DNA from: a virus
Taxonomy: Duplodnaviria > Caudoviricetes
DNA length: 55,561 nt
Direction: 5' to 3' (one strand)
IMG/VR virus record: IMGVR_UViG_3300031963_000186
Span: 1-55,561 of that record
Positions 38,808 through 47,879 of the stretch are shown here, piece after piece. Position 1 is the stretch's first letter; every line of letters starts with the position of its first letter. The position numbers were made by a program, and so were the translations under genes. Below the pieces are notes generated by a model, which did no database searches, was not told the DNA's origin, and saw only the letters and a program-made list of their open reading frames with translations.

Positions 38808-41800
38808 TGATTCTCCCGGAGAATTCGTTGAATTGTGGCTTCATCGTCTTCCTCGGTAGCGGGTTCAGGAACGGTTGCAGGCTTGACAGGGGTGCCTTCA
38901 GGGTACGCTGTTCCTACAGCCCCTGAGATGGCCTTCATGCGGTTAGCTGCTCTCTCTTGCTGCTTTGTAAATTCGCCAGCACTCTTCTCAAGACGGCTCA
39001 AGACACTATCAACTTCAGGCAAGTTGCTCGACTTCAGCATCGTTGCTACTTCACCTGCTGTCTGCTCATCTAATGTCGACCTCGCCTGCAGATACTTAAG
39101 AACACGACCCACCACGGTACCAGGGGATCCTGTGGCTACATTGACGGCTTCTCCTGCCACGTCTAGGACATTAGCAGATCTCTTCAAGTCTTCAATGGCT
39201 TCCTTCTTGTTAGCCGTCCTACTATTTCGAATGACCTCTTGGGCGTTCCTAAACAGTTCGGCTTCACGCTGGAGAGCTGCCTCAAATACCTTGTATTCGG
39301 CTGGGTTGTCAAACAAGGCCTCAAGACGCTTACGAGTAGCAGGGGCACCAATGACACGCTGGGCAGCATTGATCTGCTGGGGAGCATCCATGATCTTAGT
39401 CAAGATCGACTGGGCGGCTCCAATTCTCAATGCATCTTTCTCGGCATCAGACATCCCACTAACCAGCTTGCGGGCTTGCTCAGGCAGCATCTTAGGTGTC
39501 AGGTAGTCATCTTTGCCAAGACGAAGGGCATCGAGAACCTCCATGTCACCGGCATACTTGGCACGGGCAGCGGCGTACTCAGGCACGTTCTCGTCAATGA
39601 CTCCGATGTACGCCTTGCGAAGATCCTTAAGTGCGTTGGCTTCTGCCTTTGCCATGCCCTTACCTTGATAGCCTTTGTCAATCAGGGCATCAATGCCTCG
39701 CTTGATGTAGTCAAGGGTCCGGACATCTGGAATCTTGCCAACTGAGACCATGTTACCATCGGCATCTAGGTTATAGATGTCATTCAAGACGTACTTGCTT
39801 GGATCCTCGCCACGGAGTTCGGCAGCCCTTGCTTCCTTATTAGCGATTCTCTGGGCCTCTCTAAATGCATCCTTGAAGGTCTCATCTTCCAAGACTTTCA
39901 GAAGTCGGGTATCGTCAACCGACCCATGGGCATAGGCGCGGTCATACATGTTGTTGGCATTAGCACGCAAGCGTCCTACTAACGAATCTTCGGTTGCCGT
40001 AAAGTCTTGGCCCTTGGCCAGGGTCCGGCTAGTTCTTTCGCCAACCAAATCACGACCTTGTTCTAGCCGTTCCTCTAGTGGGGTTCCCAGGGTCTTCCTG
40101 CCTTTACCTGGTAACGTGACAACGGCTTCACCTAGTGTCTTGGTGGAAGGGGTCACGTCCATCAACATGGGTTTGACTCCCATCTTCTGGTCGGCAATCA
40201 TCTTAGCTCTCACATCTGCCGGAGTCATCTCATCACGACTCATGGCCTCCAAAACTTTCATGGTGGCACGGTCTTCAACACTCTGGGTCGATGGTGACAC
40301 GACATTCTTTAGTGCCTTAGCGCCACGGACCCCAAGGTCAACTCCCTTAGCAACGACAGGGCCTGCTACGGCACCTGTTGCACCGCCAGTCACGGCACCC
40401 ATGCCACGTTCACCCTCTGTCGCAGTACCTGCCCCTGAGATGGCCCCAGTACCTGCCCCAACGGCAGTTGCCTTACCCATCTGGCCTGTCATGAATCTAG
40501 GCAAGACTTGGCCTAGCTTTTGGGCAGCTTGTGCCATACGGGCTCCACCAACAGCAGAAGCCACTTGGGTACCCGGCACAAACATGGCAGCCACTGTAGG
40601 GACGGCACCAGAGACCAGTTCGGTACCGATAGCAGTAATTGGGTATCTCTCAGCAAACTTTTGATAAGACTCACGCTCCTCACGAAGCACATCTTCATAA
40701 GGACGGCCTTCCATCTTGGCACGGACCCTGGCAACGGCTTCGTCACCAAAGCCAAAACCAAGTCCCTGGCCTACTGCCCGACCAATGTTTGCAGCGCTAA
40801 GTTCACCACCCTTTTGCATCTTGACGGGACCGCCATCAGCCATACCTTCAGGGGTGTCTGATGCTCTCCTTGCAGAGGCGCCACTGACCAAGTCTTGCAG
40901 CCGCTTCTGGTTGTCAGTAAGGCGACGAGTAGCTGCTGCCTGGGCATTTTTCCAGATGGTCTCACGAGTCTTAGCGGGCTTGTTGATTGAGCCTTGTAAG
41001 TCAACCAAGATCTTGCGTTCACCTTCAGTTGGGGCTGCTCCAAAGATCACCTTCAGTTGGCTCAACGCATTGCTGAGAATCAGGTTCTCCAGCTCTGCAG
41101 TGGCCGTCTGGGCTTCACTGCTACGGACCAAAGGCACCAGGCGTCCGGCAACTTCACGGGCACCTGCCGTTGATCCTTCATAGGCCACCTCATTTAGCTT
41201 CAGGGCCTTTTCAAGTGTCAAGATGACTTCTTTACCGGCAGTAACGCGATCCTTTAACTCGTCTTGCATCTTGAGTTCTGTAGGATTTAGCTTATCTTGA
41301 CCTTGACGGACTAGATCTTTTACCCGACTGTTGTAGTCCGTGGTACCTGGAACAAAGCCCTCATCTGCGGCAATCTTCCCTTGCGGTGATTGCGGCTTAG
41401 TCGATACACCCTCAGCACCGCTTGGAGGTATGTGAACCAGCTTGTCATACCGACGCTTGTACATGCGCTTGGCTTCAGGAGGCGTATTTGGATCATTGAT
41501 CTTAGCAATCAGCTGATCTATCTCAGTACCCTTTTGGGCTCCTCCCCTTGTGGTCAGATAGTCAATCCGGGCTTTTGCTGTCTTTTTAGCTTCAGCTGTT
41601 GCATTGGGATCATCAATGATCTCTTGCATAGCCATGACTTCAGGCACCCTTTCCTTTGGTACTGACCTAGCAAGGGTAGACAGGGCACTGATCTTGGTCT
41701 TCATACCTTCAGACTTGGTATCTAAACCAGCCATCCGATATTTCAGGTCAAGGTCTTCTAGTTCTTGTTGAGACTTGCGGCGCTCGCCTAAGATCCCTGC

Positions 41801-42133
41801 GGTAGCCTCTGAGACGTTAGCAAGGCCCTCAGAAAAGTGGCCTGTCCTAGTTGGCTTACCTAAGGCGGCAGCAATCCTAAAAGCGACCTCAGAGTCGCTA
41901 GGACCCAAAGATCTTTTTAAGATTCGATCACGTGCCTCGTCAAGAAGGCGTTCTTTTTCTGTTGCTTGACGATCTGTCTGCTGAAGGTATTTTTTCAACA
42001 GGTCATTGAGATCCTTGGTGTAAGGATTTTGGGCAGAACGAGAGATGTAGCCTGCGGTGTCAGCAACGGCGCTGGGTCCATCAGACACGCCACCGGTGTC
42101 GAGATCATCGTCTTGTTCATTCATCAGCGCCAT
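38804..42133 (-). CDS. Internal virion/ejection protein (1109 aa)
   Basis: Helical Ala-rich; Gly-rich hydrophobic segments after GLGFGFGDE; position after tail genes. Confidence 0.7.
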   Translation of the reverse strand: MALMNEQDDDLDTGGVSDGPSAVADTAGYISRSAQNPYTKDLNDLLKKYLQQTDRQATEKERLLDEARDRILKRSLGPSDSEVAFRIAAALGKPTRTGHFSEGLANVSEATAGILGERRKSQQELEDLDLKYRMAGLDTKSEGMKTKISALSTLARSVPKERVPEVMAMQEIIDDPNATAEAKKTAKARIDYLTTRGGAQKGTEIDQLIAKINDPNTPPEAKRMYKRRYDKLVHIPPSGAEGVSTKPQSPQGKIAADEGFVPGTTDYNSRVKDLVRQGQDKLNPTELKMQDELKDRVTAGKEVILTLEKALKLNEVAYEGSTAGAREVAGRLVPLVRSSEAQTATAELENLILSNALSQLKVIFGAAPTEGERKILVDLQGSINKPAKTRETIWKNAQAAATRRLTDNQKRLQDLVSGASARRASDTPEGMADGGPVKMQKGGELSAANIGRAVGQGLGFGFGDEAVARVRAKMEGRPYEDVLREERESYQKFAERYPITAIGTELVSGAVPTVAAMFVPGTQVASAVGGARMAQAAQKLGQVLPRFMTGQMGKATAVGAGTGAISGAGTATEGERGMGAVTGGATGAVAGPVVAKGVDLGVRGAKALKNVVSPSTQSVEDRATMKVLEAMSRDEMTPADVRAKMIADQKMGVKPMLMDVTPSTKTLGEAVVTLPGKGRKTLGTPLEERLEQGRDLVGERTSRTLAKGQDFTATEDSLVGRLRANANNMYDRAYAHGSVDDTRLLKVLEDETFKDAFREAQRIANKEARAAELRGEDPSKYVLNDIYNLDADGNMVSVGKIPDVRTLDYIKRGIDALIDKGYQGKGMAKAEANALKDLRKAYIGVIDENVPEYAAARAKYAGDMEVLDALRLGKDDYLTPKMLPEQARKLVSGMSDAEKDALRIGAAQSILTKIMDAPQQINAAQRVIGAPATRKRLEALFDNPAEYKVFEAALQREAELFRNAQEVIRNSRTANKKEAIEDLKRSANVLDVAGEAVNVATGSPGTVVGRVLKYLQARSTLDEQTAGEVATMLKSSNLPEVDSVLSRLEKSAGEFTKQQERAANRMKAISGAVGTAYPEGTPVKPATVPEPATEEDDEATIQRILRENQ

Positions 42134-42146
42134 GTGCTACCCCTCA

Positions 42147-43706
42147 TCACTTAAACATGTTCTTAAAGCCGTAGTACGTCGCAGCACCTTGAGCCAGCTG
42201 AGACAGCGGCGAAGGTTGATACACGCTGCCAGGACCTGTAGAAGTCGTTGACGTACTGGTCGGAATCTCAAGACCACGAATTGCTGCATTAAGGAACGCA
42301 ATGTTGTTGCGGTCGTAGTCACGCTGAGACAAGAAGTCGGCGTAGGCTTGATCAAGATTGCGCTGCTGTTGCTGCTGTTGCATTTGACCTGCTGCCTCAA
42401 GGGCTCCGATGTTCTGTAGGCCCATGGCTTGTTGCATCTGGCCCAAGGTCCCAAGTTGTTGGGCAGCTTGCAGTTGACGGGTGTAGTCTTGACCTGCGAA
42501 TGTGCCGGCTTGCTGACCAAGGTTAGCTAGCTGCTGGGCTGTGGCTCCTGCCATGTTTCCATAGACTTGGCCAAGGGCCCCTAGTTGGGCGCCTGCCTGA
42601 CCGTATCTTGCTAGGTCTGCCCCTGCTAAACCTGAAGCTGCCTGACCCATTGCTGCTTGCTGTTGGGCACCAGCTAACATACGCTGATAATCTGCAGAAG
42701 TCAAACCTGCCATTGATTGGCCGATAGCCGCTTGCTGACCTGCTGCTGACAGAAGCCGCTGGTAATCGGCAGAAGACAGTTGAGCAGCTTGCTGACCAAA
42801 CTGGGCTTGTTGTTGAGCAGCCTGCAATTGACGGGCCCGATCTTCTGCTTGCCTTTGCGCAGCTTGACCATAGCCCTGTTGCAAAGCCTGTGATTGGGCA
42901 GCCAGGGTAGATTCCTGAATGTCTCGCATAGCACGGCCCATAGCTTCGCCTTGGCGGCTGCCACCAAATTGGCCTGCTGCTATTGCCCTATCTTGGATCT
43001 CTGGAAGCAAATTTTCACGAAGATTTCGTTGACCTAGCTTACCGATCCGCTCAATGACTTGTTCTTGATACGGGTTTAAGTATTCCTCAATGCCACCAAC
43101 CCCGGTTTCGGCACCACGGTTAGCTAATTGACTAGCTTGCTGCATATATGGATTGGCAAGACCTGCAGTGTCTGCAGCGCCAGAAATTGCAGTACCTAGA
43201 CTAGCTTGCTGCATGTATGGGCTGGCAAGAGCCGCGGTCCCTTGGGTTCCGATACCTGTCAAGGCAGAAGCCTGATTAAAGTAGGGCTGCGCAAGACCTG
43301 CAGTATTGCCGACTTGCTGGCGCAATAGGTTACTGGCTTCACCCAATACAGGGGCTGATGCGGCATATGGGTTGTAGCCCTGGGCTTGCTGAAGATACGG
43401 CAATGCTTGATTTAAGGCACTACCCTGGCCACCTTGGGTTGCAGAAGAGATGGCCGAAGTCATTGTGGGGGCGTAGGTCCCCTCAAGATCAAAGGTCTTG
43501 TTATAAGCTGCTGTCTGCCCAGGATCCAAGCTAGCGATCCTTTGATCACCGTAGGCACGATAAGGCTCTGCTGCAATCGCGTTGGCGCGGCTGATCAGGC
43601 CTTGTGTGTAGTCACTGTACCAGGCAGGAAGATCGGTTGTCGTCTCGCCATACGTCGTAACGGATGGAGGAGGACTTCCTTGGAACAGGAAATCAAGGAC
43701 TCCCAT
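42147..43706 (-). CDS. Gln/Ala-rich internal virion (DNA transfer-like) protein
   Basis: YLNPYQEQV, AGQFGGSRQ, internal repeats, C-terminal SPLSQLAQGAATYYG. Confidence 0.7.
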   Translation of the reverse strand: MGVLDFLFQGSPPPSVTTYGETTTDLPAWYSDYTQGLISRANAIAAEPYRAYGDQRIASLDPGQTAAYNKTFDLEGTYAPTMTSAISSATQGGQGSALNQALPYLQQAQGYNPYAASAPVLGEASNLLRQQVGNTAGLAQPYFNQASALTGIGTQGTAALASPYMQQASLGTAISGAADTAGLANPYMQQASQLANRGAETGVGGIEEYLNPYQEQVIERIGKLGQRNLRENLLPEIQDRAIAAGQFGGSRQGEAMGRAMRDIQESTLAAQSQALQQGYGQAAQRQAEDRARQLQAAQQQAQFGQQAAQLSSADYQRLLSAAGQQAAIGQSMAGLTSADYQRMLAGAQQQAAMGQAASGLAGADLARYGQAGAQLGALGQVYGNMAGATAQQLANLGQQAGTFAGQDYTRQLQAAQQLGTLGQMQQAMGLQNIGALEAAGQMQQQQQQRNLDQAYADFLSQRDYDRNNIAFLNAAIRGLEIPTSTSTTSTGPGSVYQPSPLSQLAQGAATYYGFKNMFK

Positions 43707-43707
43707 A

Positions 43708-45789
43708 TCAAGCTCCCTTCAGATAAGCCAACGGGCTTTTTGCGTCGGGACTAATCTTGCCTTGTGACAAGTTTTTTCCCTTATGTTTGCGGATGCTAGA
43801 TCTCATCTGATCTAGGCGGCTAGCACCTGCCTCAGATGATCCATTACCAAGCATGGCGACTGTCTCGGCATCGATCACGTATTCGCCGTCACTGAGTAAG
43901 GCGTCAACGTCATCAGACCTACCATCAGCACCGCCACCAACATTCATGCTCCTGACCATGTTCAGACCACCTGCTGCCATACCAGGAGGGGTCCCGTATT
44001 GGTAGTAGGCCGTCTTAGGATTTCGATTGATCGGACCCTGACGAGCAGGTTGTGGCTGTTGAGGCATCATTCCAGACATGCCTTGGGGAGCTGCCATTGG
44101 CATGCCACCTTGCATCTGGGCTAAGGCACCCTGACGCTTGGCCATGGCAGCCCGCTGTTGCATGGCAGCCATTACGGCTTCTCTTTGGCTCATAGCGTTT
44201 TGTGGAGTCTGTGGCATACCGATTTGTGGGCCAGCTATGCCACCATCGGCATAACGCTGCTTGTATTGAATCAGGCCACCTGTCTTAGACTGGACAGGAA
44301 CCGGCTCAAACCTCGTGTTTAAGAAGAACCTGTGCTCACCTGGGCGTTCACCGTAAGAAGTCAAGTCACCGCCATAAGCTTGCTGGTCACGAAGGTAATT
44401 GTAGTAGTCTAGAGGACGATCAAAGTTTTCATCTCTCGTACCACCTGGAGATGGGGCTCCACCACCCGGAGGTTGATCGCCACCTGACAAGGCGCCACCG
44501 GCAAGGGCTACAGCGGCTAAGGTAGTCAGCGGATTCTCGACAGCATAATTCATTGCTGCCTTACCGATGTCAGACATATTGATATCGCTGAACTCAAAAT
44601 TCTTCAGCTTATCACCTAGGCTCTTGCCTGCTCCCTCAGTAGCTGCTGTCATTGATGGCGCAACAGGTGGGACATTTGGAGCAAATCCCGAAGCCGACAC
44701 GGTACCCTCAGGTGTCCCCATACCATAGGTCTTACCACCTGTACCCGTCCAGACGTCCGGTGTGCCATCAGCATAAGCAAAGTCGTCTAGGGCACCGACT
44801 CCTACCTTCATGCCGGCCTGACCGACACCAGGCTGGATACCAACGGATGTGTTAGGGATCCCGGCAAGTAAGTCATAGTCAACTTGGTTAGGTGCTAAAC
44901 CGTAAGCGCTGCTTGTCCCGCCCTTATAGCTGAGTGGAGTATCTTTTGTAATTGTCGGAATCTTCAAGCCTTCGCTAGGAAGATTAACTCCTTCTAGCAA
45001 ATAATTTTGAGGAACTTCCGGTTTTAGCGGAGAAGGTTGATTCAGGTTAGTCGCAGCAGATCCTGAACCTGGCCGGTTTTTAAGAAAAGCTTCGCCTGCC
45101 TCATCTGTTAAAGAAGGATCTCTAACAAATAGATTATCTATTTCACCACTTATATCAGGACTAGATAAACTAGGATCTCTAGTAAAAAATGCATCATCAG
45201 GAGTCGCTGCATTTCTAATGATGTTTTCAATGGGGTCATCAACAAGGGATGAAGCCCCTGGTGTTGGATAATAAGTTTCCGGCATCAACGTATTAGCCGG
45301 CTGACTAGAAAGCTTTGGTGAAGTGTAGTATGTATCAGGGGTAGCTGCAGAAGCTAACAAGGCCTCATCAGGAGTGGCCGCTGCAGCGGCGGGCGAGAAC
45401 GCGCCACCACCTGTTAAATAATCAAAGCCTGCTGCTCCAGCACCAGACGTGATACCGGCCATCACGCCGCCTTTGATAGCCTCATCAAAATCTTCACCTT
45501 GAGCAAGGCCTGCTGCCGTGTTACCGGCAGCTGCTCCTGCCCCAGTTGCTACATAGGTTCCTGCCGTTCCCAAAGCTCCCAGTGAGGGAGCAATCATGGG
45601 TCCTAAGATAGCAGCCCCTGCCATCGTAGCTATGGCAGTCAGTGGATCATCTAAGATAGGTTGAATGACGTATTTGTCGACGGCTTGACCCACGTCCTTG
45701 ACAACGTCAACAACCCCCTCAACGACGCTACCGACGGCTTCAACAGCCCCGCCAATAACGTCCCCAACAAATTCGACGACGGCTGTCAT
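43708..45789 (-). CDS. Internal virion/ejection protein with hydrophobic Gly-rich N-terminus
   Basis: Gly/Val/Ala-rich N-terminus; C-terminal DGRSDDVDALLSDGEYVI motif resembling tape-measure-protein C-termini. Confidence 0.7.
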   Translation of the reverse strand: MTAVVEFVGDVIGGAVEAVGSVVEGVVDVVKDVGQAVDKYVIQPILDDPLTAIATMAGAAILGPMIAPSLGALGTAGTYVATGAGAAAGNTAAGLAQGEDFDEAIKGGVMAGITSGAGAAGFDYLTGGGAFSPAAAAATPDEALLASAATPDTYYTSPKLSSQPANTLMPETYYPTPGASSLVDDPIENIIRNAATPDDAFFTRDPSLSSPDISGEIDNLFVRDPSLTDEAGEAFLKNRPGSGSAATNLNQPSPLKPEVPQNYLLEGVNLPSEGLKIPTITKDTPLSYKGGTSSAYGLAPNQVDYDLLAGIPNTSVGIQPGVGQAGMKVGVGALDDFAYADGTPDVWTGTGGKTYGMGTPEGTVSASGFAPNVPPVAPSMTAATEGAGKSLGDKLKNFEFSDINMSDIGKAAMNYAVENPLTTLAAVALAGGALSGGDQPPGGGAPSPGGTRDENFDRPLDYYNYLRDQQAYGGDLTSYGERPGEHRFFLNTRFEPVPVQSKTGGLIQYKQRYADGGIAGPQIGMPQTPQNAMSQREAVMAAMQQRAAMAKRQGALAQMQGGMPMAAPQGMSGMMPQQPQPARQGPINRNPKTAYYQYGTPPGMAAGGLNMVRSMNVGGGADGRSDDVDALLSDGEYVIDAETVAMLGNGSSEAGASRLDQMRSSIRKHKGKNLSQGKISPDAKSPLAYLKGA

Positions 45790-46244
45790 TGTTCAGCTCC
45801 TCCACGAGGGGTTCCTAGCTGCAAAGCAACCTGATAGTCGCCGTTGTCCATCATCTGGACGTTGTATCCCATACCAGGGTTTGGCGGGTTCTTTGCAACA
45901 TTTCGGAAGATATTGATCAGACTCTGATCTTTGAATTGAGTGACCAGGGTGTCAAAGCCAGCCTTGTAAGCATCAATAACAAACTGGAAACCGGAGGCCA
46001 TGAAGTTCTGGGCGGTGTCAGCATTCAATGCCCTGAACATCCCCTTGCGAGGTTCTTTTTCAGAAGCATGAATCACATAGATGGTGTTGCCGTAGCGAAA
46101 AAACTTGCTCCCTGGCATCTGGACTTCTTTGACGAAGGTCGCGTAGACGAACTCTACGGCGTACTCGCTTTGGGTATTTTCTGCGGCAATCCTCAGAACG
46201 TCCCCAACGGGCAGCATCTCTTGTTTGCTATCGACAACAGGCAT
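45786..46244 (-). CDS. 152-aa protein, possible GNAT-like acyltransferase
   Basis: ORF is solid (coupled both sides); function inferred only from size, alpha/beta pattern and position before ejection genes. Confidence 0.4.
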   Translation of the reverse strand: MPVVDSKQEMLPVGDVLRIAAENTQSEYAVEFVYATFVKEVQMPGSKFFRYGNTIYVIHASEKEPRKGMFRALNADTAQNFMASGFQFVIDAYKAGFDTLVTQFKDQSLINIFRNVAKNPPNPGMGYNVQMMDNGDYQVALQLGTPRGGAEQ

Positions 46245-46246
46245 GA

Positions 46247-47368
46247 TCAGATCCTCACGTTAAACAGTGCGGCGCTGAAGACGTTCCCCATGCCAGCACT
46301 CAAACTGAGCACCATGCCGTCAGGAGCCTCAACTGGATGTGAGAGGTATCGATCGTCCCTCTCTGTTCGGTTGAGGATCTCAGGCACAATGCCCTTCTCC
46401 AAATCTTTGAACAGCAAGAGGGTCTCTAAGAGTCCGCTCGCTCCCATCGTATGGCCGATTCGCTGCTTATACGATGTCGCTACAAACCCACTCAAGGTGG
46501 AATCTAGGGCCGTTTTTTCGGCCGCATTATTAGACTTGGTCCCAGTTCCATGAGTCTTCACGATTTTAATTTGTTCTGGGTTAATTTGACAAAATTCAAG
46601 TGTTCCTTTAATGGCCCTGACAAACCCCTGACCGTCTTCTCGTTGGCCGATCGTGTTCGTCAAGACTTCCGTAGCCGTGTAAGCCGAGACCAGTTCAGCC
46701 GTGATCTCTAAGCCAGAACGGCGTACGGCTTCCTCAGACTCGAAAACTGCTAAGGCAGCTCCTTGCCCTATATAGAACCCGAAGTTCTTCTCATCAAAGG
46801 CGCTAGGAACGACTTGATGGGTCTTGGCCATGCTTTCTGTCAGGGTAGCCTTAGCTTCCCCAAAGAACTGAAGGGTCATATTGTTGACCTGATCTTCAAC
46901 AGCTAGGACAATGACCCGGTCAAACCCGTAAAACTTGATCAAGGTCTGTACATCCATCAAGACCTTCAGGCCAGAGGTACAAGCCGTGGCGTCAGTTGCC
47001 GTGTGATCAATCTCCCCGCACTGCGCAGCAACCCGGCCTGCGTAGATCTGGGTCAGGGACAACGGGAGGATCTTATAGTTGTAGCTCATCTGGTTGTCGA
47101 TCTTCATCTTGTGACCCTCGGCAGCAAAGTTGCTGTTACCAGAGGCTAGGATGAAGGCCGTCTTACCCGGCTGGGTTTGTTTCAACAATGAAAACAAATC
47201 AGGGGTCAATATCTTTTCGGCAACTGCATGGGGCGGGCAGACAAGGCCTGTCTTGACCCTGGAATAGGTATCAGGAAACCAGTGCAGCTTTTGCGGAAAA
47301 GGATGGTCTTCAAAGAGTTGAGCATCTTCCGTACACACGGTGCGCTCTAGGGTCAGAAAGATTCTCAT
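46247..47368 (-). CDS. Beta-ketoacyl-ACP synthase (FabB/FabF-like ketosynthase)
   Basis: Catalytic Cys in DATACTSG, His in THGTGT, His in KQRIGHTMGASG; GFYIGQGAA matches the GFxxGEGA motif. Confidence 0.9.
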   Translation of the reverse strand: MRIFLTLERTVCTEDAQLFEDHPFPQKLHWFPDTYSRVKTGLVCPPHAVAEKILTPDLFSLLKQTQPGKTAFILASGNSNFAAEGHKMKIDNQMSYNYKILPLSLTQIYAGRVAAQCGEIDHTATDATACTSGLKVLMDVQTLIKFYGFDRVIVLAVEDQVNNMTLQFFGEAKATLTESMAKTHQVVPSAFDEKNFGFYIGQGAALAVFESEEAVRRSGLEITAELVSAYTATEVLTNTIGQREDGQGFVRAIKGTLEFCQINPEQIKIVKTHGTGTKSNNAAEKTALDSTLSGFVATSYKQRIGHTMGASGLLETLLLFKDLEKGIVPEILNRTERDDRYLSHPVEAPDGMVLSLSAGMGNVFSAALFNVRI

Positions 47369-47655
47369 CGGAACATCCTGACTGCTTCTTCAAAGCTTTG
47401 AGGTTGTCTACGACCCCACTGTTTCAAAAAATCCATGCATTCGCGAGGAGTCTTGACTTGCATCTCCTGGCTTTTTTCGTCTTCTATGTCAAAGACCTCA
47501 CATAGATAAACGGTGCACATGAGCATGTCTAGGCTATCAAGGCCTGTCTCAGAAAGATCTTGATCAAGATCTTCGATGGGAGATAGTTCGTCGTGAAACG
47601 GTTTTGCTTTTTTAGCTACTTCTTTCAGTAGCATGAGAAAATCTTGGTCTGTCAT
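47365..47655 (-). CDS. Acyl carrier protein
   Basis: Acidic 96 aa with GLDSLD phosphopantetheine-attachment motif; ATG 47655 overlaps upstream TGA. Confidence 0.85.
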   Translation of the reverse strand: MTDQDFLMLLKEVAKKAKPFHDELSPIEDLDQDLSETGLDSLDMLMCTVYLCEVFDIEDEKSQEMQVKTPRECMDFLKQWGRRQPQSFEEAVRMFR

Positions 47656-47879
47656 GAAACCACCTGTACGAAACGCTCCGCCCATGTTCGCCAGTCGGTG
47701 AAATCATAAGGGTTAGGTGGATTCTTTTGACTCAGCCCCGAGATTACGCAGAACTGCAGGCCCCACTCTTGCCATTGTGTTTCATCGTCTAGCCTCCTAA
47801 GGGGACTGTAATTGTCCAAGTCCAATATCACCTGGTCTGCCCAATCCCTGAGGCCGATTATAACGGGCTGCGTAATCAC
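47652..47879 (-). CDS. Small Trp-rich protein following the tail nozzle gene
   Basis: GTGA overlap with upstream gene; WQEWG and DWRTWA. Confidence 0.6.
   Translation of the reverse strand: MITQPVIIGLRDWADQVILDLDNYSPLRRLDDETQWQEWGLQFCVISGLSQKNPPNPYDFTDWRTWAERFVQVVS

Noticed and set aside
38835-41183. Long plus-strand ORFs of 155-238 aa
   Set aside because: Reverse-frame shadows of the 1109-aa gene
45786-47655. ACP-KS as host contamination or a full PKS cluster
   Set aside because: Genes overlap phage structural genes in one operon and no other biosynthetic genes accompany them; a chimeric join cannot be fully excluded without reads
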